Positions 9,401-19,200 of a DNA stretch of 64,000 bases are shown in pieces. The notes under the pieces are model-generated. The model was not told where the DNA came from, did no database searches, and saw only the letters and a list, made by a program, of their open reading frames with translations. Every line of letters begins with the position of its first letter. Within the stretch, counting starts at the first letter, position 1. Location of the stretch: positions 32,012 to 96,011 of the forward strand of contig CANRCF010000002.1 in the NCBI GenBank assembly GCA_947629045.1. Reading direction: 5' to 3'. Source of the DNA: an uncultured Clostridia bacterium (lineage in GTDB: Bacteria > Bacillota > Clostridia > TANB77 > CAG-508). Made by a program: the position numbers and the translations under genes.

Positions 9401-9554
9401 AATATAGCTTTTGTGAAGCCACCGCGCAGCGTTCAAGCGAAACGAAGTGAAGCGCGCTTGGAGCAACCAACATACCATTGTAATAAATTGTAGAGAATCT
9501 ACAATTTATTACATAAGGTGGTTGCGACAGCAAGGTGCAAACAAAAACTATATT
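9401..9554 (+). repeat. GC-rich structured intergenic element, copy 3 (with nested 35-nt palindrome)
   Basis: Arms AATATAGCTTTTGT / ACAAAAACTATATT. Conserved blocks ACGAAGTGAAGCGCGCTTGGAGCAAC and GTTGCGACAGCAAGGTGCAAA. Confidence 0.85.
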
Positions 9555-9605
9555 GTTCAGTATATTTAATCAATCTATAATAAGCAATTATTGTTTTATA
9601 AGCAA

Positions 9606-11423
9606 TTACTGCTCATTAAAAATTTGGTCGAATTCTTCTCCATCAATTTTTTCTTTTTCTAATAATACGTTGGCAACTTTTGTAAGTTTATCCATATTAG
9701 CTTGTAATATCTCTGAAGCTTTACGGTAAGCAAAATCAATAATGCTTTTTACTTCTTCATCAATTATAGATGCAGTTTCTTCTGAGTATTCTTTTTGTGT
9801 TGCAAAGTCTCTACCTAAGAATACTTCTTCTTGGCTAGATCCTAATGTGATTGTTCCTAATCTTTCGCTCATACCATATTTTGTTACCATGCTTCTTGCA
9901 ATTTGAGTTGCTCTTTCTATATCGTTACTTGCACCTGTTGATATATCATCTAATACTAATTTTTCTGCTACTCTACCACCTAAAAGTGAAACTATATTTT
10001 CTACCATTTCTGTTCTAGACATAAATGATTTATCTTCGGTAGGACGATACATTGTGTAGCCTCCTGCCATTCCTCTTGGTACAATTGAAATTTGGTGAAC
10101 TGGGTCTTGTGTAGGTAAAAATCTACTTACTACTGCGTGACCTGCTTCGTGGAAAGCTACTAATTTTTGTTCTTTTTCGCTTCTAACTCTTGTTCTCTTT
10201 TCAGGTCCCATTGTAACTTTTACCATGGCATCTTCTACTTCTGCCATTCCAATTACACTTAAATTTCTTCTTGCAGCTAAAAGTGCTGCTTCATTTAAAA
10301 TATTCTCTAAGTCTGCTCCTGAAAAACCTGATGTATTTTTAGCGATTGTTTTTAAGTCTACATCATCACCTAATTTTTTCTTTCTACTATGAACTTCTAG
10401 AATTTGCTCTCTTGCTTTTACATCTGGGTTTGATACTACTATTTGTCTATCAAATCTTCCTGGTCTTAATAATGCTTTATCTAATATATCTGGTCTATTT
10501 GTTGCAGCAAGTACAATAACGCCTTCATTTGCTGAGAAACCATCCATTTCAACTAATAATTGGTTTAATGTTTGCTCTCTTTCATCATGTCCTCCACCTA
10601 AGCCTGCACCTCTTTGACGACCAACTGCATCAATTTCGTCTATAAATACTATACATGGTGCTTTTTTCTTTGCTTCTTCAAATAAATCTCTTACACGAGA
10701 TGCACCAACACCAACGAACATTTCAACGAAATCTGAACCACTAATAAAGAAGAACGGTACACCTGCTTCACCTGCAACAGCCTTTGCTAAAAGAGTTTTA
10801 CCTGTACCAGGGTGACCTACTAATAAAACGCCCTTTGGAATTCTTGCTCCCATTTCTGTGAATTTTCTAGGATTTTTTAAAAATTCTACTATCTCTTCTA
10901 GTTCTTCTTTTTCCTCATCTACACCAGCTACATCATCAAATGTAACTCTGCTTTTGTCTGTTGGGTTAATCATTCTTGCTCTGCTTTTTCCAAATGACAT
11001 CGTTTTTCCACCAGCACCATTTCCAGCGCCTCCGGCTCCACCCATTACTAAGAACCAGAATACAAAGAATATAATTACTATTCCAAATGGTGTAAGTAGG
11101 CTAAGTAGAACCATCCAAAATGCTTCTGAATCTTGCTTTACTGTTATTTCTCCTGTTTTCATACTGTTATTTAATGTTTCCATTAAATGATCTACACTTG
11201 GAATATTAACTTCTTTTTTGAAGTTTTCTCCTTTTAACTTTACTTCTGCTTTAGTGCCTTCTGATGATATCTTAATTTCTGTAACATCTCCTGCTTCTAT
11301 TTTTGCTACTAAATCAGAATATGCAAGCTTACTATCTGAATTTTCTAATATAGAACTTATTAGAACTATTAAAATCACACCTATTATTAGCCACATTGCT
11401 AATGTTTTAATACTATTTTTCAA
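9606..11423 (-). CDS. ftsH: ATP-dependent zinc metalloprotease FtsH
   Basis: Two TM segments, Walker [12 protein letters not shown] region and zinc motif HEAGHA. The likely start is TTG at 11423, 6 nt after AAGGAGGA; the ORF is open to 11447. Confidence 0.93.
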   Translation of the reverse strand: MKNSIKTLAMWLIIGVILIVLISSILENSDSKLAYSDLVAKIEAGDVTEIKISSEGTKAEVKLKGENFKKEVNIPSVDHLMETLNNSMKTGEITVKQDSEAFWMVLLSLLTPFGIVIIFFVFWFLVMGGAGGAGNGAGGKTMSFGKSRARMINPTDKSRVTFDDVAGVDEEKEELEEIVEFLKNPRKFTEMGARIPKGVLLVGHPGTGKTLLAKAVAGEAGVPFFFISGSDFVEMFVGVGASRVRDLFEEAKKKAPCIVFIDEIDAVGRQRGAGLGGGHDEREQTLNQLLVEMDGFSANEGVIVLAATNRPDILDKALLRPGRFDRQIVVSNPDVKAREQILEVHSRKKKLGDDVDLKTIAKNTSGFSGADLENILNEAALLAARRNLSVIGMAEVEDAMVKVTMGPEKRTRVRSEKEQKLVAFHEAGHAVVSRFLPTQDPVHQISIVPRGMAGGYTMYRPTEDKSFMSRTEMVENIVSLLGGRVAEKLVLDDISTGASNDIERATQIARSMVTKYGMSERLGTITLGSSQEEVFLGRDFATQKEYSEETASIIDEEVKSIIDFAYRKASEILQANMDKLTKVANVLLEKEKIDGEEFDQIFNEQ

Positions 11424-11574
11424 ATCAGTTCCTCCTTGTAATTTCATTTAATTATTTTTATCTTATAAAATATTTTGTTTTTAAAAATATTTTGCTTTCT
11501 TAAAAAACATTTTGTTTTCAAACAATATTTATTTTATAACTACTATTTTATTAGTTTATATTTTTTACCCATGG

Positions 11575-11607
11575 TAGACTATACCATACTAAACTTTTAA
11601 TTTCAAG
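11575..11607 (-). promoter_or_regulatory. putative sigma-A promoter for ftsH
   Basis: On the minus strand, TTGAAA-17 nt-TATAGT with an extended -10 TG (TGgTATAGT). Confidence 0.5.
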
Positions 11608-11640
11608 TATTTTTTTAAAGTTTTTTCTCCTAAAATGTAG

Positions 11641-12750
11641 CTATTTCAAGGCTTTTCTTACGGAAGCTCTACTTTGTTTACTTAAAAATATTTTTCCTTT
11701 TTTTACAAAAATTTTTATATTTTTATGAGGAGATAAATACTTATTTCCTATATTGTTATTACATAATTTTATTATGTCCTCTAAATGTATCTTTGCAATT
11801 CCATTTGTTGTTCCTACTACCTTATTTATAGAATATAGCAAAAGTCTTGTTTTTATTACTTTTGGAAGTATATTAAACTTTTTTAAATCTAAAATAATCT
11901 CGTTTTCATTTTCCCCTATTTTTAAAGTTTCATACTCTTTGTTTACTATTTGAGTAAAATACTCTTCATCTTCTTTTGCTAAATCTGATAGTCTATTTAT
12001 TGTTTCTATTATATTTGGATTGAATTCTTCTTGTAAATATGGAATAAGCTTATTTCTAATTTTATTTCTGGTATATATATTTTCTAAGTTACTTTTATCT
12101 ATTTTTGGATTTAATTTTTTTTCTTTGCAATATTCTTCTATTTGGGCCCTTGTACATTCTCTAATTGGTCTAATATATGCTATTTCAAGTTTAGCTTTTT
12201 GTTTATTCTCTTTTTTAGTTATATTTTTTGATACATATTTTATTTGTTTTAAATTTTCATTTTGTGTATCTATTAGAGCATCTCTTTTAATTTCTATTCC
12301 TTTTAGTCCAGAAACAGCACTTCCTCGTAATAAATTCATTAAAACTGTTTCTACATTATCATTTATTGTATGTGCTGTTGCAATTTTATTTGCCTTTTCT
12401 TTTACTGCTACTTCTTCAAAAAATTCATAGCGAATTCTTCTTCCCATTTCTTCTGTCCCTAGCTTTTGCTCATCTGCTAATTTTTTAACATTTTCTTTTT
12501 TTACATAGCATGGAATATTATGATTTTTGCAATATTCTTGTACATATAAAGTTTCTTCGTCTGCTTCTTTTCGTATTCCATGGTTTATGTGGCATACTAT
12601 AATTTTAATTTGTAATTTTTCTTTTAAATCGTACAAAGTATCTAGCAGACACATTGAATCAGGTCCACCAGATACCCCTACTATTACTTTATCATTTTTT
12701 TCAATTAATGAGTTTTCTTCAATTGTTTTTAAAACTTTTTCTTGTAACAT
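11641..12750 (-). CDS. tilS: tRNA(Ile)-lysidine synthetase TilS (short form)
   Basis: PP-loop SGGPDS near the N-terminus. Classical position immediately upstream of ftsH. Confidence 0.85.
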   Translation of the reverse strand: MLQEKVLKTIEENSLIEKNDKVIVGVSGGPDSMCLLDTLYDLKEKLQIKIIVCHINHGIRKEADEETLYVQEYCKNHNIPCYVKKENVKKLADEQKLGTEEMGRRIRYEFFEEVAVKEKANKIATAHTINDNVETVLMNLLRGSAVSGLKGIEIKRDALIDTQNENLKQIKYVSKNITKKENKQKAKLEIAYIRPIRECTRAQIEEYCKEKKLNPKIDKSNLENIYTRNKIRNKLIPYLQEEFNPNIIETINRLSDLAKEDEEYFTQIVNKEYETLKIGENENEIILDLKKFNILPKVIKTRLLLYSINKVVGTTNGIAKIHLEDIIKLCNNNIGNKYLSPHKNIKIFVKKGKIFLSKQSRASVRKALK

Positions 12751-12911
12751 TTTTACTCCTGCTTTTGTTTTATTACTTTTAAATTATTTATCTTTTATAT
12801 GTTAAGTACATTTTCATTAATACTATTCAGTTTGTTTATTAATATAAATTTCTTTTTATTTTACTATATTAGTGCTTAATACTACTTTTTATTATAATTA
12901 CTTTTGCTTCT

Positions 12912-14240
12912 TTACTCTCTATACTTGTTTGCAAATTTTGTATAATTTCCAAGGAATAATAGTTCAACAGTTCCAATAGAGCCTGCTCTGTGCTTTGCTA
13001 GTATTACCTCTGCTAAATTTTTATTTCCTTCATCATTTGGATTATAATATTCATCACGATATAAAAACATAACAATATCAGCGTCCTGCTCAATCGCACC
13101 AGATTCACGAAGATCTGATAGCATTGGTCTATGGTCAGGTCTTTGTTCAACAGACCTTGAAAGCTGTGAAAGTGCAATAACTGGAACATTAAGCTCCTTT
13201 GCTAATATTTTTAGTGAACGACTTATTTCTGATATTTCTTGTTCACGAGATGCACCTTTTCTGTTTGTTCCTTGTACTAATTGAATATAATCTATAACAA
13301 CTAAGCCTATATCTCTTTCTAGCTTCATTTTTCTACATTTTGCACGAATTTCCATTATTGAAATCCCTGGTGTATCATCTATAATAATTTGTGACTGAGA
13401 AAGTGCGCCAGATGCTTCTGCAAGCTTTTGCCAGTCTTCATCATCTATTTTTCCTGTTCTTACTTTATTTGAATCTACCATTGCTTCACTACATAATATA
13501 CGGTTTGTCATTTGCTCTTTTGACATTTCTAAGCTAAATATAGCTACTGGTGTATTATTTCTTACTGCTGCATTTGTTGCAATATTTAGTGCAAATGCTG
13601 ATTTACCCATGGCAGGTCTTGCAGCAACAATTACTAAGTCTGATTTTTGAAGTCCTGCTGTAATATTGTCTAAGTCTGTAAATCCTGTTGGAATACCTGT
13701 AATATGTTGTTTTTGATTGTATAGTTGCTCTAATTGTGTAAATGAATCTACTAAAATATCTTTAATTAAGCTATAACCCTTTTGATTTCTATTTTGAATT
13801 ACATCAAATATCTTTCTTTCTGCAACATCTAAAATGTTTTCTACTTCTTCCGTTTGGTCATATCCTAACGTAATTAATTCATTTGCTGTTTTTATTAAGG
13901 CTCTTAAAGCTGATTTTTCTTCTACTATTTTTATGTATTGCTCAACATTTGCAGTTGTTGGAACTTTGTCTGGAAGCTGTGCAATATATTCTAGTCCACC
14001 AACAGCTTCTAATTGTTTCATAGCTTGAAGTTCAGTTTTTACTGTTATAATGTCAACTGGCTCAGATCTATTATATAAATTTAAAATTGCACTATATATT
14101 TGTTTATGATCATCACGATAAAAATCATCTTCTTTTAGTGCCTCTACTGCTAACATTATAGCATCTTTATCTGTAAGTATACTTCCTATAACTGCTTGCT
14201 CTGCTTCTATATCGTGTGGTGGAATTTTTCCTAGTTCCAT
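12912..14240 (-). CDS. dnaB: replicative DNA helicase (DnaB family; DnaC in Bacillus nomenclature)
   Basis: N-terminal PPHDIEAEQAVIGS and Walker A ARPAMGKSAF, RecA-like C-terminal domain. ATG at 14240 lies 5 nt after GGAGGAG. Confidence 0.93.
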   Translation of the reverse strand: MELGKIPPHDIEAEQAVIGSILTDKDAIMLAVEALKEDDFYRDDHKQIYSAILNLYNRSEPVDIITVKTELQAMKQLEAVGGLEYIAQLPDKVPTTANVEQYIKIVEEKSALRALIKTANELITLGYDQTEEVENILDVAERKIFDVIQNRNQKGYSLIKDILVDSFTQLEQLYNQKQHITGIPTGFTDLDNITAGLQKSDLVIVAARPAMGKSAFALNIATNAAVRNNTPVAIFSLEMSKEQMTNRILCSEAMVDSNKVRTGKIDDEDWQKLAEASGALSQSQIIIDDTPGISIMEIRAKCRKMKLERDIGLVVIDYIQLVQGTNRKGASREQEISEISRSLKILAKELNVPVIALSQLSRSVEQRPDHRPMLSDLRESGAIEQDADIVMFLYRDEYYNPNDEGNKNLAEVILAKHRAGSIGTVELLFLGNYTKFANKYRE

Positions 14241-14325
14241 TTTTGCTCCTCCAATTTTCACTTTATATCAAATATTGTTTATTTGATAAAACTGTATTTA
14301 ATATGGTTTTAATTTAATTCTTTAA

Positions 14326-14775
14326 TCATTCTGCTGTAACAATTTGTACTTTTAAATTTCCTATTACACCTTCATATAACCTAACTGATACTGTAAAGCT
14401 TCCTGTCATCTTTATTGGTTCTTTTAAATCTATTTTCTTTTTATCTATTTCCATTTTATATTGCTCTCTTAGATTGTCTGCAATTTCTTTTGAGGTAATT
14501 GAGCCAAATATTTTACCATTTTCACCTGTTTTTACAGGAATTTTTAATAGAATACCTTTAAATTTTTCAGCAATTTTCATAGCTTCTTCTTTTTCTACAT
14601 TCTTTTTATATTGATTTGAATCTTGTTTTGCTTTTAATTTACTCATATTTTCAGCATTTGCTTCTACTGCTAGTTTTTTAGGAAATAAGAAGTTTCGTGC
14701 ATATCCATCACTTGCATTTATTATTTCATCTTTTTTCCCTACACCTTTAATATTATCTAATAAAATTACCTTCAT
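14326..14775 (-). CDS. rplI: 50S ribosomal protein L9
   Basis: MKVILLDNIKGVGKKDEIINASDGYARNFLFP is a typical L9 N-terminus. ATG at 14775 follows GAGGTGA. Sits upstream of dnaB as in other Firmicutes. Confidence 0.93.
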   Translation of the reverse strand: MKVILLDNIKGVGKKDEIINASDGYARNFLFPKKLAVEANAENMSKLKAKQDSNQYKKNVEKEEAMKIAEKFKGILLKIPVKTGENGKIFGSITSKEIADNLREQYKMEIDKKKIDLKEPIKMTGSFTVSVRLYEGVIGNLKVQIVTAE

Positions 14776-14888
14776 AATATTTTTCACCTCAATTTTTTTA
14801 TTTGTGCTCTTTTATATTTAATTTTACTTTTAATAATCTTACCTTTTATATTACTTCAATTTTTATCTTTTAAGTTTTTTACTTCTAT

Positions 14889-14917
14889 ATAATAACTTAA
14901 AATAAGCTTTTTTTCAA
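14889..14917 (-). promoter_or_regulatory. putative sigma-A promoter for rplI-dnaB
   Basis: On the minus strand, TTGAAA-17 nt-TATTAT, directly downstream of the adhesin terminator. Confidence 0.4.
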
Positions 14918-14925
14918 GTAATTTC

Positions 14926-14966
14926 AAAAAATAAGCAATAGAATTTAATTCTATCGCTTATTTTTT
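14926..14966 (-). terminator. intrinsic terminator after adhesin gene 1
   Basis: 14-bp stem ATAAGCAATAGAAT/ATTCTATCGCTTAT with one mismatch, flanked by A6 and T6. Confidence 0.6.
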
Positions 14967-15012
14967 ACATAAATTGCTATTTACTTTGAAACATTCTCAA
15001 AGTTCCACTCAC

Positions 15013-16225
15013 TTAAATTACAAATTTCTTGATTAGAACTACTCCACCCGCTAAGATGCTAATTACTACTAAAGTTAATCCTATATATGTTGGTACACTA
15101 CCTGTTGCTACACCTAATAATACTGGTGCATCATCTATATCGTCTTCTCCTGGCTTATTATTTCCTGGCTCAGAATCTATATCTGGTGAATGTGGCTCGT
15201 TGTCATCTTTATATATTTCTGCCCAGTTTACTTTCTCTCCTAAGTTGTTCTTATTGTTTATCCATGTTAGTATGATTTCTACTTGGGCGCTCTCTCCTGG
15301 TTGCAATAGTGTATCTTTTAATTGGTCTGTTAATACCTTTCCGTCTTCTTCTCTCCATTGCGGATTATCTTTTGGATCAAATCTTAATCCTTGTGGAATG
15401 TAGTCTATTAACTCTTTTGCATAGCCTGCTATTTCTCCTTCGTTTGTTACTTTTATTACGAATTTGAATTTGACTGTTGTTTTATCTATTCTACTTCCTC
15501 TTATTTCTACTTTTGCTGGTGGTTCTGGGTTTTCATCCCCTGTATGTCCTGTCTTTGTTACTGTCGTTTTTCCACCGTATGTTACTATTGATTCACTTAC
15601 CCATTTCTTTAAGCTTAAGTCAAAGTATTGTACTTTTATTTTTTCTTCGTCTATATCGTCTTCTTCTGGCTCATCATTGTCTGGTGTAGAGTCTACATCA
15701 TCTACTGGCTCATTATTCTCATCTCTATCATCTGTTATTTCTGCTGTGTTTATTATTATTCTGTCTGATGTATTTGGCTCTGATACTTTGAAGGCTATTT
15801 TTACATCTCTATAATCTGGCATTGTCATTGTTTCTTGGTCAAATGCTTTTAATAAGTTTGCATTTTCTTCTTTTTCATTTTCTTTTGCTAGATAATCTGT
15901 TTCAATATATTTTGCTTCTTCTACATTATTTGTTTCTTTACCTTCTTCTGTATACATCTTCCATCTATACTCTACGTTTGTTTCATGGTCTGGTAAGAAA
16001 GTTAAGCCCTCTGGTAAATCATCTTTTATTTTGCTTGCATACCCTGCTATTTTTCCTTCATTAAATATTCTTAATGTATATGTTACTATGTTTCCATATG
16101 CAACTTGTACTGGATCCTTTGGATGCTCATATTTAAATTCTGTTTCACTTACCTTTGTAAATACTGGTACTCTATTTGTTATATCTGTATCATTTACTTT
16201 TGTTATGAATTTTCTTAATGCTAAA
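15013..16225 (-). repeat. ~1.2-kb near-identical block shared with 21950-23162 (3' ends of adhesin genes 1 and 2)
   Basis: Collinear at a constant offset of 6937 nt. I can see only about six amino-acid differences across ~404 residues. Confidence 0.9.
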
Positions 16226-19200
16226 TCAAGCATATAGTTATCTATTTTTATAAATATTGTATCATCATCTACGTTTGCAGTTAAGTTTGTTTTTCCTACT
16301 GTTGCATCTTTTTCTTCGCTTCCTAAAGTTACTGAATTTCCTTTGTTAGATGAACCTTCCGAACTTGATGAACTATTTGAATTTTCATCTACTATTTTAA
16401 TTGTTTTTGCTACATATTTACCTTTTTCTATTCCTGTTGTAACTGTAATTGTAATTATATCTGTACTTCTGCTATAACCTTCTGGAGCTTTTGTTTCTTT
16501 TATTTTAAGTGTTTGTGTTTCTAGTTTTGTTATTGGTAAATCATCTATATTTAAAATTCCATCTTTATTTGTAGTAAGTGTTCTCTTACTTCCGTCTGGT
16601 AATGTTATTTCAAATTCTGCACCCTCTAATTTTTCTTTTTCATTTTGTCCATTTATTTTTTCTAGTTTTAAGTTATAACTTCCGTCTTTTGCTTTTTCTA
16701 GAATTAAGTCCTCAAAGTCATCATCGTCTTCTTGGCTCTCATCTCCATATTCGTCCTTTTCTACGTTGTCTGGTGTAGAATCTCTGTCTTCTACAGTATC
16801 GTCTCCATGTTCATCACTATGTTTTGTAATTTCAGCTATATTTTTTAGAAGTTTATCGGTTTCGCCAGCCTCTGCTACTACTTCGCACTCTATTTTTAAA
16901 TCTTTATAGTCTAAGTTTTCTCCATCAAATGCTTCAATTAAATCTTCTGCTAGATGTTCTGTTTCTATTGTTCTTCCGTCACCATTTGGATTTGTCCAAC
17001 CATACTCTTTATTTACTTCACTTTCTGGTAGGAATTTTAATCCTTTTGGTAAATAGTCTGTTACTTTCTTAGCATAGCCTGCTATTTTTCCTTCATTGTA
17101 TACTCTTATGATGTATATTACTTTATCTCCTGTTTGAACTACTAGTGGCTCTTTTGAGTGTACTTTTTGTGCTGTTGTTCCATCATCTAAGCTTGCTGAA
17201 CCATTTGCTAATTTTTCTAATTCTTCATCTGTTATTACTGGCTCTCTACTGTATTTTGGTTGATTTGCTGTTTTTAGTTGTGTTTCTTGTAATACTTCAC
17301 TTTGTGGTATTGGTTGTGTTGGGTCTGGTGTTTCTTCAGGTGCTTTTTCTGTTTCTGCTAATAGTTCTTTTCCTGCAATGCTTATTATGAATTTTCTTAA
17401 AGCTAAATCTAGTTTGTAGTTCTTCATTTGAATGTATATTTTTCCATTTACTACATTTGCTTTTAATTCTGTTTTGCCTGATGTTACTTCTGTTAATGTA
17501 CTATCTATTGTTTTTTCATCTATTACTATTGATTTTGCAAGATATTTACCATCCTCTAGTACTGTATTTACTTTTACTATAATTGTATCTGTACTTTTAC
17601 TATAACCTTCAGGGGCTTTTGTTTCTTTTATTGTAATTGTTTGTTCGCCTGCTTTTTCTATTGCTAAATCTTTAATAGAAATTTTACCTTTGTCACTACT
17701 TGTATATGTTTTTGTTTCTCCACTTGGTAAAGTTATTTCAAATTCTGCATTTGCAAGCTTTTTATTTAAGTTTTGTCCATCTGCTTTTTCTAGTTCTAAT
17801 TCATAGCTTCCTGTTGCTTTTTCTAGTATTAATCTTTCAAAATCGTCATCATCTTCTTGGCTTTCCTCACCGTATGTGTCTTTATTTACATTTCCCGGCT
17901 CTGAATCTCTATCTTTAACAGTTTTGTCATCATGCTCATCACTATGTTCTGTTATTTCTGCTATATTTTTTAATGAGGTTTCTGTTTCTCCTGGTTTTGC
18001 TACAACTTCACATTCTATTTTTAAATCCCTATAGTGTAGGTTTTCTCCATCAAATGCGTTTAGCAATTTATCTTTTAAGTATTCTGTTTCTATTGTTTTT
18101 CCATCTTCATTAGGATTTGTCCAGCCAAATTCTTGATTTATACTACTTTCTGATTGTGGTACAAATTTTAGTCCTTCTGGTAAATGGTCTGTTACCTTTT
18201 TAGCATAACCTGCAATTTCTCCTTCGTTATATACTCTAATTGTATATACTACTTTATCTCCTGTTTTTACTATTAATGGGTCTTTTGTATGCACTTTTTC
18301 TGCTGTTGTTCCTTTATCTAATGTAGCTTCTCCATTTTTTAATTTAGTTTTTTCTTCTTCTGAAATTTTTGGCTCTCTTGCAAGTGTACCATCTTCATTT
18401 TCTACATTTTTTCCTGCTATGCTTGTTATGAATTTTCTTAATGCTAAATCTAATTGATAGTTCTCCATTTGAACTTTTATCTTATTTCCTTCTTGACTTG
18501 CTGTAAATCCTTTTAGTTCAGTAGTTCCTGATGCTCCTGCATTTTTAACCCCTGAAGATTCAATGCTTTTTACTACATATTCACCATCTTCTAATGCAGT
18601 TTTTACTGTTAATGTTATTGTTCCACCTTGATTGCTATAACCAGCAGGAGCTTTTGTTTCTTTTATTGTAACTGTTTGTGTTCCTTCCTCTGAAATTGGT
18701 ACATTGCTAATTGTAATTTTTCCTTGTGAATCTGTTTCATAGATTCCTGTTTCATTTAATACTTCGCCATCAACTTTTACTTCGAATTTAGCACCTTGTA
18801 ATTTTAAGTTTGTATTTCTTGAATCAACTTTTTCAAGTTCTAATTCATATTTTCCTTCAGCTTTTGGTAAAATTAATCTTTCAAAGTCGTCATCATCTTG
18901 CTTACTTGTTTCTCCATAATCATTTATTGGAACATTGTTTGGCTGAGAATCTCTATCGTCTACTGTTGTATCTTTATATTCATCACTGTGCTCTGTTATT
19001 TCTGCAATATTTTTTAGTTCTTTTGATGTTGCTCCTGGTTTTGCTACAACTTCACATTCTATTTGTAAATCTTCATAATCTAAATGTTGTCCATCAAATG
19101 CATCTAATAATTTGTCTGCTAAATGTTCTGTTTCTATCGTTCTTCCGTCTGCACTAGTACTTTTCCAGCCATATTGTGTGTTTATATCGCTACCTTCTAC

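Noticed and set aside
4995-9554. The GC-rich elements as degenerate tRNA, tmRNA or riboswitch genes. GTTCAAGCG superficially resembles a T-loop.
   Set aside because: There is no cloverleaf, acceptor stem or anticodon arm, and no match to riboswitch cores I know. The context is also inconsistent with a cis-regulatory leader: one copy lies between convergent gene ends. I kept them as an unclassified structured repeat.
11447-11641. The absence of hpt (hprT) between tilS and ftsH as a sign of a deletion or cassette.
   Set aside because: The 190-nt spacer contains only a plausible promoter and leader. Gene order varies among Firmicutes, and I see no scar or repeat.
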